The position numbers were made by a program, and so were the translations under genes. Shown here in pieces: positions 13,512-24,566 of a DNA stretch of 64,000 nucleotides (positions are counted from its first letter, which is position 1; the number at the start of each line of letters is the position of its first letter). Source of the DNA: Felis catus (lineage: Eukaryota); NCBI RefSeq assembly GCF_018350175.1, contig NC_058368.1:30506001-30570000 (forward strand), given 5' to 3'. The notes beneath the pieces are model-generated. The model made no database searches. It saw only the letters and a list, made by a program, of their open reading frames with translations, and was not told the origin of the DNA.

Positions 13512-13724
13512 CAAGGGATCTGCAACCTTTGTCTTAAAGGGCGAGATAGCAAGTGTTGAGGCTCGCGGGCTGTACGGTCCCTGATGCAACTACTCAACTC
13601 CGCCTTTGTAGCTCAAAAGCAGCCATAGGCAAGAAGGGAACAACTGGCTGTGTCTGTCTTTCAATGCATCTTTATTTACAAGACTAGGTAGCTGGCCTGT
13701 GAGGCGTAGTCTTTGACATCCCCC
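13512..13724. mobile_element. hAT-Charlie MITE, MER58A-like
   Basis: Contains aaagggcgagatag and gcaactactcaactccgcctttgtagctcaaaagcagccatag, then ctttatttacaa. Degenerate TIRs; about 210 bp. Confidence 0.88.
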
Positions 13725-14624
13725 TCTCCAGCCCACCCCTGTTTATCCATTTTCTGGAGCTTGGGGATCTGGCAAAGTTATGATCACTTTCAGAGTTTCC
13801 GCCTACGTTGTCTATGTTCTTTCGTCAAACTTATCCTTATAATACTGCTTTTAATACTTCATAATGCTTCTAATTCTTCTATTTTCTGGGCGACTCTGAA
13901 GGATTATGTGTGAATTTGTGTCTTAATACATATATTCTTTTACCTCTGCTTCGCACTGATGCAATGAACCAAATTGGACAAAGTGTCATCCTCATTTTCC
14001 TTTCATAATTTCCATCACTACAGAATGACTTTTCTGAGGCATTAAAAATGTCAAGATGTGACAACATGAACATTACTTTTTCTTTCAAATATTCAAGTGA
14101 TTGACAAATATTTCCTGTGCCAGGCACCTTGGTAGACACTGTGAAAGAAAACGTCCATCTTCGTTGTTGAATAGAAACACAGAAATAGACCCTCAAAGAC
14201 AGTATGGGCCAGAGATCGTGTATTCCGGGGTCTCGTTTCAGACTTGCAGCCTTTTTGAAGAGGCTAGACTATAGTCATTAAACAGTAAACGTTATAAAGC
14301 TGTTATAAACAAGTATTAAATATTGAAGTGTATGTGCTAAGGACTATAAGGACTTCTTCTCCATTATCATTAATCATCTGTGAGACACCAGGCATGACAC
14401 TTTTGCTGGAATAAAAAAAGAGGACTAAAACAGCAGCTCAGAGGGGCAGATGTGTATTTGAGGTAAGGAAGACAAAATAGGGAAAGCTTAACCCAGCACA
14501 GATCAAGAAAGACTTGCCACGAGAGGCATTTAACCTTAGGTTTGCTGATCGTACAAAGGGCATTAAGAGATGGACCATATGGCAAAGATCAGAAAAGCAG
14601 CTGTGAATTAATCTCCCCTTCCCC

Positions 14625-14846
14625 GGGGTGCCGGGGTGGCTCACTTGGTTAAGCGTCCAACTCTTGATTGCAGCTCAGGTCATGATTTCATGGTTTGTGA
14701 ATTTGAGCCCCGTGTCGGGCTCCGCACTGGCAGTGCAGAGCCTGCTTGGAATCCTCGGTCTCCCCCTCTCTCTCTCTCTGCCCTCCCCTGCTTGCTCTCT
14801 ATCACTCTCTCTCGAAATAAATAAACAAACATGAGGAAAAAAAAAA
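14625..14846 (+). mobile_element. Can-SINE
   Basis: GGGGTGCC..GGTGGCTCA head, (CT)n tract, AATAAA and A-tail. Confidence 0.95.
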
Positions 14847-15164
14847 CCCGAATGCAGTAACAAGAATATTTTACACCCTGATGTAGTAAAATAAACAACA
14901 GACTAGAATTTGTAAAGCCTTATGAACATGTAAATATACGTTAGCTCTAACATAAACTTGAGTAGAGACAATAAGGACTATTGGAGAGCAGTAGTTTCAG
15001 AATGGTAGAGATACAGATATATCCTTTTATCACCACTTACTGTGTCACCGCAGGCAAGTTCTCAAACCTCTGAGCTTGATTGACTCTGAACTCAATTTCT
15101 TCCTTTGTTAACTGGACTATGAATAACTGTCACGTAGGCTGTTTTTGTGCGCAAATAACTACAG

Positions 15165-15515
15165 AAGGGCTTCAAGATGGCAAGATGGCTGCAGCAAATC
15201 CAGACGTTGCATCCAGGCATGACGATGTCAAGAGGAAGAAGAGAGGTAATGGTTTCATATGATTTGCTTTACAGTGAAGATGGTTTCCTGGAAGCATGTC
15301 CCTGGATTTTCTTTCATATCTCATTGGTCAGAATTGACCACTTGTCCATTCCTGAACCGGTCATTGTCAGGGAGAATCAGATAGACCTTGGGCCACCCTG
15401 GGGTGGCAGAAGTGGAGTCACAATGCCCTGAAGCATATTGCTCTATGGGAAGGGGTGGAGACTTGTACAAAAAAAAAAAAAAAAAACCCAGAATCTTGGC
15501 AGGAAAGAATGGGAT
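15165..15515 (-). mobile_element. Old MaLR LTR fragment (MLT1I/J/K/L group)
   Basis: Contains aagatggctgcagcaaatccagac and tctcattggtcagaattgaccacttgtccattcctgaacc, typical of old MLT1 LTRs in reverse orientation. Confidence 0.7.
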
Positions 15516-15558
15516 ACAGAACCATTAGTGTCCTTGTCTTTTTTAGGATTAAAAGGGA

Positions 15559-15752
15559 GGGGTGCCTGGGTGGTTCAGTTGGTTTAGTGTCCGAGTCATG
15601 ATTTTGGCGCAGGTCATAATCTCATGGTTCCTGAGATGAAATCTATGCTGGCAGTGTGGAACCTGCTTGAGATTCTCTCTCTCCCTCTCTCTATGCCCCT
15701 CCTCTGCTCTCTCTCTCTCTTTCTCTCTCAAAGTAAATAAACTTAAAATAAA
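15559..15752 (+). mobile_element. Can-SINE (internally deleted)
   Basis: Head, (CT)n tract and tail present. TSD-like attaaaagg on both sides. Confidence 0.93.
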
Positions 15753-15954
15753 TTAAAAAGGTTTATGTTGAAAAGGAATAGGTCAGCACTTGGTACAGAG
15801 AAGGCACTTAATAAAAGATAGCTAAAACCATTGTTAATTTTACCACTTCAAGTCTTACAGATTCAATTTTCTTAACCCTAAAACGTTCTTTAAATTTTTT
15901 TTCTAGCATTAATATTATGTGCCAATTTTACTTTCTCATTTTTTTATATGTGAT

Positions 15955-17270
15955 CTTTTCCTAAACTCAGTTTTATCGAGGTATAATTAAAATTCTGGAA
16001 AGTGTTCAGATCTTAAGTATAATGTCTGATGAATTTAGACAAATGAATGCATTCTTATGACTACCACCCCAGTAGAACAGTTCTGTTACCTCAGAGAATG
16101 CCCTCATGTCACTTTCAAGCTCATTCTTGAACTTCATATGAATGAAATTATTCAGTATGTTTCCTTTTGTCTCTGGCTTTTCCCACTAAATATAGTGGTT
16201 CAACGTTTCATCCATGTTTTTGCTTATATTAGTAATCCTTTCTTTTTATTACTGAGTAGTATTCTATTGTATAGATACGTTACAGTTTCTTTATGTATGA
16301 CTTAATAGACATTTAGACTATTTCTGGTTTTTGTCTCCAGAGAGTAAAGCATTTGTGAGGTTTGTGCTCATCCATTTTCATAGAAAGATAGTTTCATTAC
16401 TTTTTTATATACACTTAAAAGTGTGGTTACTGGCCCATAACCGAAGCTTTATCAGAAACTACCAAACCTTTTTCCAAAGCGATTGTACCATTGTACATTT
16501 CCACGAGCAATGAGTAAGAAAGGCAATTCTTACACATCATCATGACCACTTGGTATTATCGGTCTTCTTGTCATTCTAGGGGGTGTGAAGTGAAATCTCA
16601 TTGTGGTTTTAATTTGCATTTCTCTGATGACTATGGATGCCCATCACCTTTGATATGCTTGTTGGATATTCACTTATGCTCTTTTGTGAAGTGTCTTACC
16701 AAGCTTTTGCCCATTTATTTGTGTTTTCTTATTATCATTGATTTAATGCTGTCCTTTATATATTCTTGATACAAGTCCTTTCTCAGATATCTATATTTAT
16801 TCCCTGTCTGTGGCTTTTGTTAATTTTCTTTTTTTTTTAATATTTATTTTTGAGAGAGAGAGAGAGACAGAGCATGAGTAGGTGAGGTGCAGAGAGAGAC
16901 AGACACACAGAATCCCAAGCAAGCTCCAGGCTCTGAGCTGCCAGCACAGAGCCCGATGCAGGGCTCAAACTCATGACCAATGAGATAATGACCTGAGAGG
17001 AAGTTGGATGCTCAACCCACTGAGCCATCCAGGTGCCCCTGTTTATTTGTTTTCTTAACAGTGGCCTTTGATGAGCTGAAGTTTTTAATTTGAAGAATTC
17101 TCATTTATAATTTTTTTCTCTTTTCTCAGTATTTTTTGTATCTATCACAAAGATGCTGTGCTAATCTTCTGTATGTTTCAGGAATTTTTAGAATTTTAGC
17201 TTTTTATATTTTGAGGCCTTCTTCCTAGGTAATTCTTCTAAAACATCTTTCAAGTTAATTTTTGGTTATA
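15955..17270 (-). mobile_element. Ancient L1 (L1M-class) 3' end and ORF2 C-terminus, interrupted by a SINE
   Basis: Contains ttttatcgaggtataatt, ttccaaagcgattgtaccattgtacatttccac and atctcattgtggttttaatttgcatttctctgatgact. Confidence 0.88.
16829..17039 (-). mobile_element. Can-SINE
   Basis: Full SINE on the minus strand inside the L1. Confidence 0.95.
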
Positions 17271-17366
17271 GATCTATTCATGTTTTTTATTTCTTGAGAC
17301 AATTTTAGGAATTAATTCTTTTCCAGAAAATTTTCTTTTGATTGAAGTTTCTATGTGCTAATTTAT

Positions 17367-17586
17367 TTATTTTTTTTATTTTTTTAGCGTTTATTTATTT
17401 TTGAGACAGAGAGAGACAGAACATGAACGGGGGAGGGTCAGAGAGAGGGAGACACAGAATCTGAAACACGGTCCAGGCTCCGAGCTGTCAGCACAGAGCC
17501 CGACGCGGGGCTCGAACTCACGGACCGTGAGATCCTGACCTGAGCCGAAGTCGGCTGCTTAACTGACTGAGCCACCCAGGCGCCCC
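17367..17586 (-). mobile_element. Can-SINE (relatively young felid type, CpGs retained)
   Basis: TSD tctatgtgctaatttat (17350-17366) / tctgtgtactaatttat (17588-17604). Confidence 0.96.
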
Positions 17587-17680
17587 ATCTGTGTACTAAT
17601 TTATACATGTGCATGCAAATATAATCTTTCTTCATAGAGAAATATAATTGTGCATGTGTGTTTTAAGAAGATGCCATCTA

Positions 17681-17803
17681 GGGTCACCTGGGTGGCTCAG
17701 TTGGTTGAACATATGACTCTTGATTTCAGCTCGGGTCATGATCCCAGGGTCATGGGATGCAACCCTGCATCGGGCTCCATGCTGAGCCTGGGGCCTGCTT
17801 GGG

Positions 17804-17858
<55 letters not shown>

Positions 17859-17926
17859 ACTCTCTCTCTGCCCCTCCTCCACTTGTATGCATGCTCTTTC
17901 CCTCTCTCTCTCTCTCAAAAAAAAAA
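17681..17926 (+). mobile_element. Can-SINE with expanded (CT)n
   Basis: Perfect TSD aagatgccatcta at 17668-17680 and 17927-17939. Confidence 0.96.
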
Positions 17927-18372
17927 AAGATGCCATCTATTGTTTTTCTTTCCTATTACCTCTACTTACAACACATCCCTACATGAATATACCCCATATT
18001 AACAACCTAATATTTACCTGTCTATCTATCTATCTATCCATCCATCCATCCACTGTCGAATAGCTTTCTTTCATTCTAACAGACAAATTCTTTTTAGGCT
18101 TGATGGAGGAAGTGTGAGTTGCTGTATTCTTAATTTGTACCTGCTATTTCACCTTTTTTTCTATGTTTCAATATTGCAGGAGAGCAGTCTGATGCCATTC
18201 TAATACTTTTGTGTCATTTCTCCCATTTTTCTAAATTTTCATGCTTTCCTTTTTGTCTGATGATATTTGTTTCTTCTTTTTGTTGCTAGTGATTTGGATG
18301 CCATGCAACTTATTTTTATTCTATTTATTATGATCTGTAAGTGAAAAACTTTTCTGAATTTGTGTTTTTCTA

Positions 18373-18628
18373 TATGTATATATATATTTTAAAGTTTATT
18401 TATTTTGAGAGAGAGAGAGAGAGAGAGAGAGAGGAAGGGGGGGGGAGGGAGCATGTGAGCATGAGCAGGGGAGAGACAGAGAACAGGAGAGAGAGAGAGA
18501 ATCCCAAACAGGTTCCGCACTGTCAGCACAGAGCCCGATGGGGGACTTGAACTCATGAAACGTGAGATCATGACCTGAGCTGAAATCAAGAGTCAGATGC
18601 TTATCTGACTGAGCCATCCAGGTGCCCC
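18373..18628 (-). mobile_element. Can-SINE
   Basis: TSD aatttgtgtttttcta (18357-18372) / aatttgtatttttcta (18629-18644). Confidence 0.96.
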
Positions 18629-18710
18629 AATTTGTATTTTTCTAACTGTAAGTGGTAAAATGGCTATTTCACATACCCAGTGTAAGATAGAAAACTCATA
18701 TACTTTCTTT

Positions 18711-18930
18711 TTAAAAAAATTTTAAAATGTTTATTTATTTTTGAGAGAGAGAGACAGAGTGTGAGCAGGGGAGGGGCAGTAAGAGAGGGAGACACAGAAT
18801 CTGAAGCAGGGTCCAGGCTCTGAGCTGTCAGCACAGAGCCTGATACGGGGCTCAAAGTCACGAACTATGAAATCACGATCTGAGTGAGCCGAAGTCAGAC
18901 ACTTAACTGACTGAGCCACCCAGGTGTCCC
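18711..18930 (-). mobile_element. Can-SINE
   Basis: TSD tcatatactttcttt at 18696-18710 and 18937-18951. Confidence 0.96.
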
Positions 18931-19354
18931 ATTAATTCATATACTTTCTTTCTTCTTGTCTTATTTTTTATGGCCTGCTACTCAACTTTTTGAAAGTAAA
19001 TTTTTTAGTTTTTTCTTATTTTTATGGTTACTGAATTTTTTAAAAAGATAATTCAAAAGTTTCGCCAAGATAGATTTAGAAATGGGTATTCTATCTTGAA
19101 TTCTTCTTGGAAAAATTCTTTTAAACTTGCAAATTCAACTCTTCATTTTACTGGTAGGTTTTTTTGTACTATTTGTTCATTGCTATATGTTCGTTGTTTC
19201 TTGCTTCTCTTTTGAAATTTGTTGTAATGTGCCCTGTATCTCCTGGATCTGTTCTCCAAGCCTTTCACCTTTTCTCACGTCATTTTTATTGCCATCATTT
19301 TTCCCTCTGTTTTTTTAAGGTGTTGTTTTGAAATTAATTTTTGTTCCCTGATTC

Positions 19355-19428
19355 TTGTGTGTGTTTGTGTGCGTCTGTGTGTGTGTGTGTGTGTGTGTGC
19401 TTGTGAGTGTGTGTGTATGTGTTTGTGC
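19355..19428. repeat. Imperfect (TG)n microsatellite
   Basis: Seen directly in the sequence. Confidence 0.9.
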
Positions 19429-19484
19429 TTTGAAGGGTGGGTGGTGTGGAGGTATTCTTTTAATGTAGGCAGCCTCAGCTTACT

Positions 19485-19498
19485 CTGCCCCCTACTGA
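19485..19498 (-). promoter_or_regulatory. Candidate CTCF motif
   Basis: Minus strand reads TCAGTAGGGGGCAG, one mismatch to CCASYAGRKGGCRS. Confidence 0.3.
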
Positions 19499-20879
19499 TA
19501 CTTTAGTGGAGTATTTCCCACTTCTGTGACTGTGCACACAGCACACTATATTCCAGCAGTAGCCAGTAACGTTTCTTAACTACTTGGTGTCTATTAGCCT
19601 GATAATCATGTTAAATAATTTTCTTCTGTCTTTTAAATACTCTCCTACCCTAAATTGCTCTCAAGCCCTAACACATCAACTTCAATAAAAGGAAACTTAG
19701 CTACAAAGGAAAATTGTCAAAAACCTATAACACCAGTTTCCATATTATTCATGTTTCCGTCTTGGTGGTCAGCACATCAGCTTCAGTTCTGAATCATTCT
19801 ATGTGACTATTAAAATACTGAAGTTCGTTTTACTCTAAGTCCTTTAATGTCACTGGGTTTTATGATCACAACATGTTATGTGAAGTAGACATGTTCCTTC
19901 TCTCTTTAATCGAGGATCAGGATATTCTTGGGAGGTTGGATGACTAATCTAAAGTCGTACATCAATTAAACAAGGTGTTCCATTTAGAACTCAGCTTTTC
20001 TGACAGTCAGCTCTTGGGTTCGTGCAGAATTTTAATGTACTTCTTAAATGTGTATGACATAATTCTTAGCTTGCCATGCTGCTTTGCTTGTCCGGAATCT
20101 CCATCCATCTCAATCTCTTGCATACTTGATGTCCTATCATTCCTTCTTTAAGTTCCAGTTTAGAAGTATAAGTAAAAAGTGCCTTATATGTATTAGACAG
20201 AATACATGATCAGATTTGAATAGGTATCCTAACTAAGAGGATCAAACTTTTTCTTTTCATGTTGGGGACCTGTGGTAGCATTTAGCAATATTTATTCTTT
20301 GAGATACTGAATCACTAATAATTTTTTGTTTGTTTTGAATATTTGCTCCCACACACTGTACTGTGAATACTTTCTCATTATTTATTTGTGACTAAAGTCA
20401 TCAGTTGACTTATGTTTTTAGAATTTTAATTGGCAAATAATGTTCCCACACATTTTAAAGCTATTTTCTATGGTCAACCAATAAATTTAGTGCTAATTGA
20501 CACAAGTTTACCACAAGGCACATTTCGAATCTTATAGAAAACTTCTATCCCACACCATTTGGATACGATATGTTCATAGCCCAAATTCCTGTAACCACTG
20601 ACATTTTCCCCAAACTATTATCCACTAGTAATATATTTAGGAAATATAAACCGAGCAAAAGATTCCATAAGTTGCAAACAGGAAGCTCAAAAGACATCTA
20701 CCTTATACATTGTAAGGAAAGCTGTCCTATTGGATGATGGAATTTGACTATAGATTGTAGTGATTGAATTTCAGGTGGGAAATGAGACATTAATAGAAAA
20801 TTATTATAACACTGTGCAAGGGTTAGAAGCAATGTATTGGTTGTACATGCAGCACAACACTCTGTTCTCAAATGTAGAT

Positions 20880-21190
20880 TTTAGGAAGAGGAGTAAGAAC
20901 TCCACCTATATCCATAACCTTTAAGGAACTTAAAAACACATTCATACACACTGAAGGTCATGTACAATGGACAAAGGAAATGTACATATTCAAGATCACT
21001 TATTGGTCACATTTGAATGAGTTCCTGTGTGGAGGAAGGGAAATAGAGTGGGGGTCAAGAATAAAGGGAAAACATTCTTTTTTAAATTAAAATAATAATA
21101 ATTAAAGACATTCTATGGACCAAGAATGACAGTGTACTAATAGCTGAGGATTATGGAATTATGATTAACTCAACCCTCTTCATACGTATA
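20880..21190 (+). mobile_element. Possible old L1ME-type 3' end
   Basis: A-rich tract ending aatgacagtgtactaatagctgaggattatgg...tatgattaactcaaccctct, recalled from old L1 3' UTRs. Heavily decayed. Confidence 0.3.
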
Positions 21191-22399
21191 CAAGAAGTAT
21201 GTATACAGTGTTGCCCTGCTGAGAAGACTACTGACCTGAGAGTCAGGAAACTCAATTCTAGTATATTTTCTGCCATATTTGCCATGCTACAGGCTAGCAG
21301 TACAAAGTCGACCAAGCCTCATTTCGTTTTCAAACTGAATTTCCTTCTTTATAGGTTCAGGTGTTTGAAAATATGCTCCATAAGGTTTCTTCTAACTTGA
21401 AGCTTTGGTGTACATATGTTCATTTATTCATACATACAGTGAGGGTTACACACGTATGTATGATTACTAGAGGTGATGTATTTAATTATAATGGAAAACT
21501 TGTCGGACAGAAGCCCGGCTCTCTTTCAGTCAGTCTTAGGAAAAGGGCTTTCCTATGCAATAAACTACGGAAATCCTGCTGATGTACATTTTGGGTGCCT
21601 GCACTTTGGTGGAAATCTTGTGAAGGCAGTAGAGCCAGTGTTGTTGAGGCAAGTTACGGCTATGCCCCCAAATTGGACACATCTCATCCTGAGAATTGGA
21701 TGGAGCCAAAGACTGGATTAGAACTTCAGGAATTATTCCCATCCCCAAAATGCTGTCAGGACAGGCTTGCCTCCTAGATGCTTTCCTGTGCCTCATGGCT
21801 CGCTGCTTTGTCACTCATGCCTGGTATCGGACTCTGGCTTCCATTTGCCTGCCTGGCACTTTGATTTGCTGGTGTTGCCTCTGGGTGGTTCTGTGGCATA
21901 GATGGGATGTTTTGTTGACATATTTGGTGGTGGGTGGATGGTTGTAGCTCTCTACTCTCGAGAAGCTTCGATTAAAAAGGGGCCATATCCTGATCTAGTA
22001 CCTTGTAATTCTTTGCTGCCACCTCCCCACCTCATTTCATTTTGGCATTCTGGCCTCTCTTAGGTTATGGGATTTATGACAGGCACTTGGTAAGAACGGT
22101 GAAACTCTCTCGTTTTAGTCCAGATCTTGGAGTGAACTAAAATTACACCAACAATTCACATCTTTACGTTTCCACAGCACTGATGTCTTTACTTTCTTGG
22201 TAGAAGAAAAATATGTTGGGTATATAGTTGGTACTCGATCTAAATAAGCCTTTTTTAGATAAGATTTTCTCATACTCACAGTTTCTTATAATTTTGAAGG
22301 GGTTTAAATGCTTATGCCATGACAACTTTGAATAAAATCTTGGGGAGTTTTTATTTCCTCTTGACAGCTTTTTCATGAAAAACTATTCTCCCCATTATC

Positions 22400-23200
22400 A
22401 GGAGGCTTCTGATTTTAGCAACACTGGAGACTTGTTTTAACATAGCCTTTTTCCTGGTAGCAATAAAATCTAAATGCATATGAGCAAAATGGAATATATA
22501 CAAAATTTATATATGTAAACACTAAGCTTGAAAAAAAAGAAAAGGAAAACCCAAATGCCCACACCAGTGATGAAAATCAGAGTAGCAAGCATCCCAGCTG
22601 ATGTCAGAGCAACCTGGGACCTAACACTCCTGGTTATAGGAGCTCAGGGGCTGAGTTTCTAACAACCATATGGGGACAGGAGATAGGAGCCTTGGCTTGT
22701 ATAATTTGAGGAACTTGAATTAAGATGCTTGCATAAGGCTGGGCCCTGGAAGTGCTTTCTGCTTGGGGAAATTCTGTGTATCCTGCCTAAAGCTCTGGAG
22801 GTATGAAGCTTCCCATGAGCTAGCAAAGCCATCCGTGGCATCATGTTTGGATATGTCACCACATTTATATTTGGGCAAGATGTGGAAATCCCCAAGCCAG
22901 GAAATTTATTATAAAAATTAGTTCTCACTGGTAAAACACATGCATCTCTCTGTAGAAGCAAATGCATCATCATTCTGTAGGGACTTTTCTATAACCCAGG
23001 CTATAGAGAACTCCTAGAGTTAAAACCATCCTTGGTAAACATTATAAACCACAGGAGGAAGCAGTCCACTGTGGAGGCCCACAAGTTACCTATCACGAAC
23101 TTAGGTAAAAAAAAAAAAATCTGAAGGATATTATAAAATACACATACTTAAAATGACTTAAGGAATAAAGAGGGAATTCAAAACATACGGTGAGGTTTAA
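22400..23200 (+). mobile_element. Probable HAL1 or old L1 5'-region fragment
   Basis: A-rich on the plus strand. ccccaagccaggaaatttattataaaaattagttc...agaagcaaatgca resembles HAL1 5' motifs. Confidence 0.45.
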
Positions 23201-23309
23201 AAGGTAGAAAGAGCTAAAGGGGGAAGGAAGGTTCTGAACTTTTAGATATTAAAATATTTTATGTTGTGTTTTTCCTCAAGAATTGTCATGCCCTGCATGT
23301 ATTTATATT

Positions 23310-23450
23310 TCTATTATAACTATATATATATATCATAATTTAATATAGTTTAATATAATATAATTATATAAGTTATAATATATACATACTATATATATAC
23401 ATATATATATATACATATATACATACACTAATACATAATTGTAACCATAT
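23310..23450. repeat. TA-rich low-complexity tract
   Basis: Seen directly in the sequence. Confidence 0.9.
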
Positions 23451-24479
23451 ATTTAGTCTCACATGGATCAAATCTATTCTAACAAATGCCACTAAAACTT
23501 TACAAATTCATAATAGAAAAAAATTTCAGTTCCATCCAATGGTGACCAATTAATTGACTAGTTTTTAAAAAATTCTCATAATAAAGGTTGTTACTTGTAG
23601 TTACGAAGAGTTTTTTAGATTAGCCCAATCTTTTCGAAGATCCAGGTGTTCTACTTCGATTTCCCTTGAGTAGGTAAGTTTCACTAAAAGAAGTGATTAA
23701 TCAGAGGCTATGTGTTTACAATCTTTAATACTACAATATAATAAAGCATTCACCTCATTGCAAATTTGAAGTACATGATGTTTTAAGATAAACTGTCATG
23801 GACAAGAAAGTATTTTAGGACCCCCTCAACTAAAGCACTGCCTTTCATGGTCTCTTAGTGAGCATTCTTGTATTTTATTTCATATTCAACTCTTTTATTC
23901 TGAATTCAGTGCTGTGATTACTACTTGTCTCAGTTGAATTCCAATGCTAGCCTTTCCAATTATTTCCTAAATGCTCAATTCCTTACTTATGTGCAGTAAA
24001 TTTCTCACACCTTCTAGAATTCCAATCAGCATTCCTCAGGGCACTTTGCATTCTTTCAAAGTCTTCAAAGTCTCCTTTCCCCAAGTCAGAAATGCTTGCA
24101 TTGTTTCTCTTCATAAGCAGCATACTCTCTTGAGCATTTCAAATCAAATAATAAGTTGATAACTAGATTTGAGATGCTCCCCAGCTTCAATATGATTTAT
24201 CATACTTGGCTGAATTTTTAGGAAAAGTTCCAGGAAAAAAAAATTAAATAAATAAAAAAACAACGCCCTCCCTCCCAAACTTCTCTCCATGAAGACTAAG
24301 CAAAGAAACTCTTAGAAACAAAACCAATGTGACTTGAGGACAGAACTTTTATTCTTTTCTATAATTAAATTGCCATTGTCCCAGTCAATATAGTGTAATT
24401 AAAATCTTTCATGGTCAATCTTCCGGTCTGTCCATGGTTGTTCACTGTTAGTCTTAAGAAGACTTAGTATCTTCAGTTT

Positions 24480-24566
24480 TGATGGGCATTGAGGAGGGCC
24501 TCTGTTGGGATGAGCACTAGGTGTTGTCTGGAAACCAATTTGACAATAAATTTCATATTAAATAAT
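24480..24566 (+). mobile_element. Extremely 5'-truncated felid L1 (3' UTR tip only)
   Basis: gatgggcattgaggagggc...gatgagcactaggtgttg...aaccaatttgacaataaatttcatattaaa. TSD gtatcttcagttt at 24467-24479 and 24567-24579. Confidence 0.92.

Noticed and set aside
21361..21947. Cluster of overlapping ORFs
   Set aside because: No recognisable domain or splice framework. Explained by locally higher GC content.
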